From NCBI GenBank assembly GCA_963924565.1, contig OZ004611.1:20336001-20400000 (forward strand): a DNA stretch of 64,000 bases. The letters run 5' to 3'. A model generated the notes under the pieces. It had not been told where the DNA came from. It was given only the letters and a program-made list of their open reading frames with translations, and searched no databases. Within the stretch, counting starts at the first letter, position 1. Each line of letters begins with the position of its first letter. The position numbers and the translations under genes are program-made. The stretch comes from Ascidiella aspersa. Taxonomy: Eukaryota. Of the stretch, positions 26,282 to 36,298 are shown in pieces.

Positions 26282-28328
26282 CTTGCCGGAGAAAAACTTT
26301 GATGCCTTCTGTAAATCAAAAATATTTTATGACACACTAGTTACAGGAATTACAATGAGACTCAAATCTAAAAGGGAGAAATATATTTTCTAATTGGACA
26401 TGTTTTTTATCTTTGGGTTGTTGCCTCCCTTTCACTGAGCCTAATTGGGTTGTTGGTATGATACCATTTATAATACATTTGGACATCTGCATATTGCGTT
26501 CAACTATAATACTTTTTATGGTGTTTCTCTTTACTGAAATATTTGAACAAAATGGGCAAAAGCACAGAAAATGTACAGGATATTAATCAGTATTTACCTC
26601 AGATGGTTGGATTTTTAAAGACATGGCAACGGCTATTTTGTAAAGCTTTTCAAGTTCACAATATATCTTTGACAAATTTTCAGGTTCATATACACCTTTA
26701 TCAAGCTTACAACTAATGAAAATAACACAATACCGCTGCCTCAAAGTGTACAGTTGTTATCCATACTACCACAGCATATAGGTCCACTGAACAATACTGC
26801 AATAGGGTTAATATTAAACCTTCAATAGGTTGCTAGAAAATTTTCATGGTCCAATTAGCGAGCACAACAGATAGATCACAAAGGAGTCATAAAATTTTTA
26901 TCAAAATACAAATGACCATAAACAGTTACATGTCTTTGTTACATACTGAACCTCTTTTATGCTAGGAAATGAGCTATTAAAAGATTAGGCTGGGCATCAA
27001 CATACTGCTGTTGAAAATATTATAATGAAATCAGACAGACACTGGTTTTGTATTTGAGTATATCAAAAGGTACTTGAGGCAATTGTTAAATCATTGATTA
27101 ATATAGTTCATAGGAGACAAGTGCCTTTGCTGTCATGACAGCAGTGTTTGGCAAACTTTGTCCTGATGGCAAGCAATTAAATGTGTTTGGGTAAAGTATT
27201 TAATTAGTAGTGCTATATTGGTTTGTTTTTGATTTAATTAGGCGTAAAAAAGGTGTTTACAGACAGCCAATATAATAGATTTTTTTACTACTAATGATCA
27301 AAGTATTAATCTAACTTTTGTATTGAACTCAATGGTATGTGAACATTTCATTTTTGTTATTTTTTTTTCACTAGACATTTAACAATAAGATTGACTACAA
27401 TTCATTAAATTGAAATCTACTTTTTTATACTTCTAATTACTGCTAGTTTGCTAACAGTAGATATTAAAAATCAGTTCTAAAACCATAAAAAAGTGTTATT
27501 TTAGTATTTGGAAAATAGTTTTGAGATAAATGATATTAATCAGCATACTGCATATTGTAGTGTTTTTCACAATATGTTGTCTTAACATTAACGAGAGTGT
27601 CTTGCAGAAGATATTTGTAATTAAAGTTCTGTTTACTGGAAAATCATATTCGGTATTATTAGAAATTCTCAGAAAAACCAAAAAGCTGCAAGTATTAGTA
27701 CGTTTTACATCAAGAGTAAAGGGGGTATCTTCAAAAATATCAAAAATTCAGAAAACCAATGAGTTGGCGGTAACAGGTAAGAAAAGTCATTTATTATTTA
27801 TATGACAGTTGTACACATGTTGCAATGTTTATAAACATAGGTTTTGCAAATAAACAGAAAATTAATAGCACTTTATGGCCAGCTATTCATACCTGATTTA
27901 GATGTTTTCTTAAAAAGTCTGTTATCTTCTTAAAAATGTGTATACACAAAGTCAGCTATAAATCATCAAAACTCGTAAATCGTACTGAAACAAAAATATA
28001 AAGAAATATTTAAAGGCTATCAAAAGGAATAAAAGATGTAAAAACATCAACAAATCACTACTGTCTACATTATAGAAACCCCCCCCCCCGCAAAAATATA
28101 TATATATGGCGTTCTTGTAACCAAGGATACTTTTTTATGTGAAACTAAAACTGCTTTGTCAACCTGTATTTAATGAAATACTTAAATGTTATCCACTAAA
28201 ATGGTTATGTTATAGTGGTAATTCAATTTATTACTGATAGGTATCAGTCACAAACAAGTTGCAAAATTAATATGCATATTGAAATTCAAAAGTAGTAATT
28301 TAATCTATAAAACTATTTCATTTTACTA

Positions 28329-28504
28329 GAATCCCTACCACAACGCACATTATTTTGGTGCGGGTTAGCGCTTTGGGTTAGGGTGGGTCAAGTATTATTA
28401 TTGAATACTGAATTTAATAATACTTGACCCACCCACACCCAAACGCTAACTCGCACAATTACCTAAATCTTGTGCGTTGATTTAATAATAGTGGTAGGGA
28501 CTAG
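28329..28504. repeat. Long imperfect palindrome (~80-bp arms)
   Basis: TCCCTACCAC...GGGTGGGTCAAGTATTATTA / TAATAATACTTGACCCACCC...GTGGTAGGGA. Confidence 0.8.
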
Positions 28505-29043
28505 ACCAGCGCCTATTTATCTCCTTACAAAGAAAACAACAAAATAATAAGTCCAATAAATAACATTCCTTCTTTTGAAAATATATAACTTCCTGTGATA
28601 ATAATCTGAATTAATCTAAACAACACTGATAGGTAAAAGCTCTAAACAACACTGATAGGCAAAGCTATAAGCACTGTGTTGCTTTAAAATTCAAATAAAT
28701 GCAAGATTTAACGTTTGTAAAGAAGTTGAACTAGGGGTTTTATAAACTAGAGTTTTTATCTAAAGATGTTACACTGGTAGGAGAGACTTCTTTGCAAAAA
28801 TTAGTCCATTTAAAAAAAAAACAAATTCTGTTAGCATTAATTTTCTTGAAATTTAGACAATCAATTATGATGTAAATTATTATTTAATTTGCTTTCCTAT
28901 CTGCTTGGCGAACACTTTTAAATGTTAACCTGCCTTTTAAGTTCAATTTAAGATAATTTTCTTGAAAACAGATCGACTTTAAATAGTTTTACAGTTGTTT
29001 ATTCAGCAGAGGAATGACTGCGTAACGACACAAAACGCTTGTG

Positions 29044-29073
29044 GTTCCCAGCAACCTGTGGAGTGACGTCACT
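29044..29073. promoter_or_regulatory. Candidate shared promoter elements: X-box-like GTTCCCAGCAAC and palindromic CRE AGTGACGTCACT
   Basis: Motifs lie between the divergent KIF17 and kringle genes, where CpGs reappear. A candidate KIF17 first-exon donor (GCAG|GTTAAC) lies at 28930. Confidence 0.45.
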
Positions 29074-29431
29074 GGAATTCAAACGTTGTAACCCCACCTA
29101 ACGGTAACAAGTCTTCCGACAAATCTAGTTTATCATTTCGTTTTTAAAATAAATTTTGCCACGCAAACAAATCACACTGTACAATCAAAGTTGATTCATG
29201 GAAAACAGAAAAATTCATTGTAAATTGGATAAGTGGTACGTGACATACATTTGGATGTAAGAGAAGCCCGCGTTGCAGTAGCTTAAAAAAACAACATAGA
29301 TTTTGAGAAGCACTCGACCAACTGTAACTGAGATCGTGTCACTGTTACATACGATAGTGTTGAATTGGTATGGCAAGATCCATTATGACAAAGCTTCGAT
29401 GTCTGTAAATTACAAAGTGTAGCCATCATTT

Positions 29432-32400
29432 ATGGATTTCCACAAAATGAATTGGTTTATTGTCTTGATATTCATTATTCAGGTATTTGAGGTTTTCTGA
29501 AATTGTAAAAGGTAGATTTGTTAAATTTTGCTCCCATTACGGTGGCGTAATAATTTTTTAACAACTTATTCCGTTGTCAGTGCTATTAGCCTACCTTTAA
29601 AAACAATGGGAGAGTATGGGACAGTTTATCTAGCGTAAAAATACGTACTATAGAACTGATTGTTTTATGGCATTTTGGTAGTCGCAGTCCAGCGTTCATG
29701 CATTAAAATATGGCTTTTTACATCAGGGTGCATACGCCTGTCGACCACAATGGCGCCTGCAGGCGCGCGCTGTGCTACAAGAAATTTTCAACCTGGAGCC
29801 GGAAAGAATGGTGAACTTGCACGAGAGTGATGGTCGACAGCAACAGTCGATGTCGCTTGAAAACGTGCTGGTCAACCAACGGCCGCCCGACGATGATCCT
29901 ATTCACCCTTTCTTTGAACCGTTTTTGTTTTACACTGATCACGGCGGCTGTTACGAGGACGGTAAGCACAAGTGTCAATCATGACGGTTACCAATGCCAT
30001 AAGGTACAGTCAAATTTAAAGCAAGCGGAACCTTATAGATCTGCTAATTCAACTTAACTAATATTCCTCACAGGTTAGAAACGCACTTGGGCAACAGTAA
30101 AACAATAAGTAATAATTTAATCAACAAAAATATTGAACAGAAATCTGTTTGATTTCGAAAGGCATATGACGTCACAATTAAGCCATACCGTTACGTAAAA
30201 ATTTAATAAGCTTAAGAAGCATGTTGTTATCGAGCGAACTGCTATATGTAGGCCTACGTAAAGTTAATCGAATAAAGCAATTATTCGCGGCGTTCTGCAT
30301 CATGCCAACCTAATTTGCAAAATAGGAGTTGTATGACTCAAACAGATCGGTATCGGCATAGCTTGCATTGCAATATGTATGTTAACAGCGGCACAATGTT
30401 ATAATACTAGAAATCACGCATGCGTACATATGACCGGTGAGATTTTGCAGTGCTGATGTGAGGAAAATCTTGTCACAATGCATAACGCATTACAACCACA
30501 GGTGACGCGCAAAGTTACACGGGCGAGATCTCCAATACTGAATCCGGTCTTCCCTGTGCAAAGTGGAGCCGATTCACTCACCTACTGCACCAGCGTCTGC
30601 TAGCCGCTCAGGAGAGAAAGAAGGTCAAAATCACGGAAAACCTATGGAACCTGCGGCCAGTAGATAGCGGTAAAGAGGAAGCCGAGATCTTCGGACTGAA
30701 TTTCACTATTCGGGAAATGCGCGACAGAGGTAGGCAGGGTGCGATATAAACCTTTTCAGCGTTACCAAGACTTCTCTTGATGATCTGAGTTCAATGTGAA
30801 ATAATGTATGAGCATAAATAAAACACTTTTAAATATTATTGCAATTGAAATGTCTACAAAGGCTGTGGCCTTTGATAACGGACTGGTATTCCGACAAAAC
30901 TTTAGTTTTTTGGCAAACCACCATTTCTAGAATAATGTTTTAGACTGCACCTAAATGGATGGTATTTAAATGTTCTTTTGTGTTTCCAGTGAAAACAGAT
31001 CTAGCAGTATGTTTCGTTGCAAATATATTGAAAAATAGATTTAGTAGTTTTTCGTTACAAATATATTGACAAATAGATTTAGCAGTGGTTCTTTACAAAT
31101 ATATTGAAAAATAGATTTAACAGTTTTTCGTTACAAATATATTGACAAATAGATTTAGCAGTGGTTCTTTACAAATATATTGAAAAATAGATTTAACAGT
31201 TTTTCGTTACAAATATATTGAAAAATAGATTAAGCAGTGTTTCGTTACAAATATATTGAAAAATAGATTAAGCAGTGTTTCGCTACAAATATATTGCAGT
31301 TGACATAAATCGAAGATGCTTTGACGATCGTTGGCGAATAGCCGTTATCGGTCGAGTTTGTTTTGTCATGCGCTTGTGATTCAGGCCTTCTTGACCACAA
31401 TTTCTGTCGAGACCCCGATAGAAGCGGCAAACCCTGGTGCTACGTGGAGACGAAGAGTTTCATGATCTGGCAGGCTTGCAGCATTCCCAAATGCGTGAGT
31501 CGGAAAAGAAGAGAACGTCCCGCGGGCCAGTTGCGGCCCTGAACCCACCTATCCGCGGCATATTGCCCTTTAATGAAGATATTACAGTATACAGTTGAAA
31601 TGTTGTTGGATACAATAGCAAACTAAATTTCGGCAAACCTACAAACAATAATTAAGTTAGTAAAATTCGACCCAAGTTTTATATCCGGCCTGCAATCGTC
31701 AACCCCTACAGTTAACCGGCCCTTTATAAAATACAATTTAGTGACCCCAGGGTTACAACAATGGCCTGTATAGTGTATATACAGTGCACACTTAAAAGTG
31801 CTCGTTAAACGTTTTACGATACAGGAGTTCTACTGATATTTGAAAGTTAAACACTGTAATTTTGATTCCCGCCATGAGTCAGCTGCTTGTCATCCTAATA
31901 TCTAATATCCTGTATGAATGTAACAAAATTGTCTATAGGCTGCACGACGTGTAGGGCCATTATTTACGAGCCATGGTAGGGGAGCTTCTATGAAAGCGTT
32001 GCCACCCCTATACTTTCCCATACAACTTTTTTATACAATTGATGCGTGGCGATTAGGTTATAAAAAAACTGATTTCCTAATAAAATTTTTTATATCACTA
32101 GCAACATGCTTACAGTATATCCGCGATGTGTTAATGTGTAACCTTTTATGGGTGACTCCAATAGACTCCATGTTGGCGAATGCGACAGAAAACCAAGCGA
32201 TATCTGCTTGTGCCACCTTTGCTGGACGAAATGTGGATTCCCGAATGCACCTTAGAAGGCTTATTCGGCCATTTGCAGGTTTTTAAACAACTGAAAAAAA
32301 AAATGCTGTAATATTGTTATTGAATAGAGATATGACATTATGCAAAAATAGTGTTTTAATCCAATTAAAGCGGTCGTTAACCGAGACATATCAGGCCGAT

Positions 32401-33316
32401 GTTGGTCTAAAAGTGATAATAAGTCAATTGGTTGATAAACATATTGTCTATTTTTCTTTAAAAGCGCGTAATCTGCAATAAAAACAATTTTACAACTATG
32501 CTATACAAATCTAACCGTCAAGGATCCCTTTTCACACCCAATATAATATTTTTATGTTCAGTGCTGGAAATCGTATTGCTGGTGTTCAGAAAAAAGCGGT
32601 CGGCTTATTCCTGGCACCTTAACGCGAAAGTCTGATGGGGAGCCAATTTGCGGTTTGTATTCCAAAGTGAATATTAGATTTAAATATTGCAAATAAAACT
32701 AAGAAAACAAAACAAACTATTTGTGTTTTGGCTGGCTTATAGTTGGTTTATTTAGTGGCTAACCTTGAGCCTCATTCCTTTTTCCGAATAACATGTTTTA
32801 AGTACACATAAACCCATGTGCTTTCACTTTTATTTTTATTGTAGAATGACCTGCAATATACAGCCAGGCTTTCACAATAATATAAACAGCGCACGGCAGA
32901 CGGTGCACAACATGCTGGTAGGCTAAACCATTTTACCTGATGGGTAAATGTCAATGCATGCAAAATAGTTGACTTAATTAAGATTATTTTCTTTTCTTAG
33001 AATCCGAGGGTAATCATAACAAAGGACAGCCAAAGTTGCGGAAAAAGAAGCGTCGATTATCTGCAAATAAGCCGGTAAGAGGCAAGGCCACCTTCAATTC
33101 GTCTGCTGCGACAGAAAAGCCTGCAGTCAAGCCAAAAGCACACACAAGTCACGAAAACGAGCCTCGCAAAACCAACGAGAAAACCGTCAACATGGACGAA
33201 TGGATGTGGCGAGTATTTCATGGGATTCGTCGGCCGAAAAGAGTTGTGGAGTCACAAAATACCCGCGCCGAGCAAACAGCAAAGTTCGGGCCCAAAAATA
33301 GAAATTCCGACGAAAG
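29432..33316 (+). CDS. Secreted kringle + thyroglobulin type-1 domain protein, exons 1-7 (confident 5' part)
   Basis: Phase-consistent exons 29432-29482, 29727-29961, 30502-30729, 31385-31494, 32165-32278, 32562-32652, 33001-~33316/33320. Signal peptide MDFHKMNWFIVLIFIIQGAYA. Six-Cys kringle CYEDGDAQSYTGEISNTESGLPCAKW...GLLDHNFCRDPDRSGKPWCYVETKSFMIWQACSIPKC. Thyroglobulin-1 domain PCWRMRQ...WIPECTLEGLFGHLQCWKSYCWCSEKSGRLIPGT...PIC. Basic linker with RKKKRR and RRPKR. Confidence 0.85.
30995..31296. repeat. 38-bp minisatellite, about 8 copies, intronic
   Basis: CAAATATATTG recurs at 31020, 31058, 31096, 31134, 31172, 31210, 31248 and 31286; no unique spacers. Confidence 0.95.
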
Positions 33317-33814
33317 GCAAGTAAAACAGTGTAAGCGTTAAAAAAAAAATCCGGATGAAAAACTGATAAATTTAATTAACAAGCCAGCAAAAACAAACTT
33401 CTTAGTTTTTGGTGTATGGGCCCAACATTTAAACCTAAAGTGGTTTGTTTTGACACTTTTTGTTGATATGAGTATATGAATTTTATCTCAAACATGAATT
33501 TAGAATTTTCTAGGTCAAAGCGAAATCCAATTATTTGGCTGTTGTTTCATTCTATGTTATTCTCTATAATTTAAGCCTTTATACTTAAGTTACCAGAAAA
33601 ATTTTGTATGTTTAAAATCTAAATGTAATTAAAAAAAGTAAATTACAAACTGTTTGCTGGATTTGTGTTGCATTATTACGTTTGTAAGAATAAAACTACT
33701 CTTATATGTCATAACCGGCACGGCATCTTTTCGCTTATAGACCAATATGTACCAACCTTATTAACCCCTTCAGATTATGAAACCTTGTCGACACACTTTA
33801 CATTTATGTTATAG

Positions 33815-35412
33815 TCATAAAGAGCCTGGCGACTACCAGTCGTCAACCAGCACTGAAAACATCACAATAGTCACCGAAGGTCAACAACCACGCACCTACA
33901 AATGTCAGGTACGCTACGTCACAATCAACAGCCTGCGATGCGTGACGCCGACTACGAACGAATCCGGGAAAAGCCACCGGTGCTTCATCGACGAACGCTT
34001 GCGCGTGATTGGTTGGAATTGCACACGTGACTTGGATGACGGAGCCTGGTTAGTTGGGTTGGATAAAAAAGTTCCTTAGTTGGATTTTGTAAGGAACTTC
34101 TTATTAAATTGGTTTTTATGATATTTTAAACTTGTAGAGGCTAAAATAGTTCTTAGGTGCGCGCATTTGTTTTCTACGCGCACTGTTTTCTAAACGAAAT
34201 GAAACTTGCGTTTAGCATTTTGTCACGAAATCGTGAACACTATGATACGCTCCGGAAACCGTTCGTTGGTTCAGGTTGGCATGTTTTGTAGATAATCAAT
34301 AAGATCCAACATATTGCAACCCTTTTAAATAAGTGTTTCAAGACCTGTTTAATCCGTTGTAGCTATGTCATGAAATTCGCAAGAACCCCTGCAACAGTGA
34401 CATCGGACGGTGAGCTTCTATCCACCTTTCAAGGATACAGCTACGTTTGTCTTTCAACTTTAGGCAAAGTCGTCCCAAATACAGACGTGTGAGTATGTAT
34501 ATAGTAAGTAATCAAATATTATTACTAATTGGCACGTTTCCGATGGTTTGTAAGATTGCGCCCGTGTTTTTGACCACTAAATTGATCTATTTTGAATTTG
34601 CATTAAAGTCACACGTGGTGTTCAAATCGGAATAAACAGCAACAAACTATGATAAACAGAATTTTCCCATTTTAAATCGTGCGTATACTGTCTGAACTGC
34701 GTGAGTAAGTGCGGCTGAGCTTACCAGTTTAAACCATCGGAAGTAAATCGGGAATTAATGAGATATTAGGCGTGAACGTTTTTCCTGATGAATTTTCTAT
34801 TTTGGTAAACTCATTTGGTATAAGTTCGTGCCTTGAATCATACTTGTCACGGATCAACTGAAAGAAGTCGAGTACTTTCTTCACACTTGAATTAAGATTG
34901 AAATAACAGGTTTACTAGGTTGTTTCAGATAACAGACGCGAATTCTTAACACTGAACACCATGTATGGTTGAGCAAAATCCACTAATTTTCAATATTTCG
35001 CGAATAAAAACTTGGTATAGATGTAACTATCTGACATCACATTTTGACGTCACGTTATGAGGTAACTTTGTGATGTCATCTCTTAAAATAATTATCATGC
35101 CCCCCAAACAAAATTCCTAGATCCACGCTTGTTTATGATTACTGATTTTAAACATGCTTACTGATTTATTGCAAAAAACATCAATATGGCGGCCTCTTTT
35201 ACAAAAAGAAAAATCAACGGCAAAATACCATGTTTACTAAAGTGGTAATTTATAATGCTCGCAGGTGTCGGAGATCAGATACCATACTTACGACGATATC
35301 AATGAAGCTTTTCGGCGGCGAAAAATACATTTGCGTCAAGTCGTGGAAAAACTGGCGTCTCGTCAAGGCGAATTGCGTCAAATTGACACAACAAAGAAAA
35401 TCTGAAGTTTGA
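33815..35412 (+). CDS. Probable 3' exons of the kringle/thyroglobulin gene, cysteine-rich C-terminal module (splice path ambiguous)
   Basis: GC-richer, AG/GT-bounded blocks at 33815 (or 33774) to 34011/34048 (TYKCQVRYVTINSLRC...HRCFIDERLRVIGWNC), 34216-34274, 34363-34409 and 35265-35412 (CRRSDTIL...YICVKSWKNWRLVKANCVKL...*). Several alternative in-frame joins exist. Confidence 0.55.
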
Positions 35413-36052
35413 GCATCCCAAAAGAAACGGAATATTATTATTTTACCAAAGTTTAGAGCCATAATTTATGCGTTATTGCGTGGAAATTGTTTTTGTCATA
35501 CTTTCCGAAAGATTTCCGCAAAATCTTGTAATTGATTTAAAACATTTTTTTCTCCATTTTCTCTTTGGCCCAAATTTGTTACAGTGACGTTTGCTACAGT
35601 TTTGTTCTGCATTAATTTTGCAATTTGCACATCGAATGGAGGTGAACGAAAAATTAATATGAAAAATCAGTTTATTTAAAATCGACGTAGACTTTTTGGC
35701 GACGCCTAAAACGCCACTGTACTCTTCAGGGTCGCGACCCCCAGTTTGGAAAGCCCTGGTCTACTTGAAAATGGTCTATTGCAATGGTCTCCAATCTTTC
35801 GGTCCTCGCCACGAAAACTTACGCGGCCATCAATTCGTCGAATCCAATTAAATTTAGAATTGTATTAAAATTTCCATCAAGTCGCTTTTTCTGTGTGAAT
35901 AGTTTTACAACTTGGAACCTTTAGAATTGCTTAAAAATAAGGCAATGTTTAGGTTACATAGAAGTCATGTGGACGAGTGACGCAATTTTTGTAATCCACT
36001 TGTTTCACTGGTCGGCGCTTCAAAATAATACATACCGAACCCTTTTCTGCAA

Positions 36053-36298
36053 CAGGGGACGTGGCGTTATTTTGCACAATGTGCGCAAAAATGTGCACGC
36101 CAAAATGTGCAAAAATGTTATAGTTAGAGTTTAAAAAGGTGCGCACATTTTTGAAGGCTGTTCAAAATGTGCGCACATTGTTAAAAAAAGTGCGCACATT
36201 TTTGAAGCCCTTTTAAAATGTGCGCACAATTTTTGCACATTTTGGCGTGCTTATTTTTGCGCACATTGTGCAAAAAATGTTCGCATCCCCGTCCCCTT
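36053..36298. mobile_element. Palindromic MITE with TGTGCGCACA repeats
   Basis: AGGGGACG...CGTCCCCT termini with ~65-bp imperfect inverted arms. Confidence 0.7.

Noticed and set aside
30995-31296. CRISPR-like periodicity
   Set aside because: Contiguous 38-bp units with no unique spacers, in a eukaryotic intron.
33001-33074. Phase-0 reading NPRVIITKDSQSCGKRS, resembling the linker before a plasminogen-activator protease domain
   Set aside because: The upstream TY exon ends in phase 1, and no trypsin motifs (IVGG, TAAHC, GDSGGP) follow.
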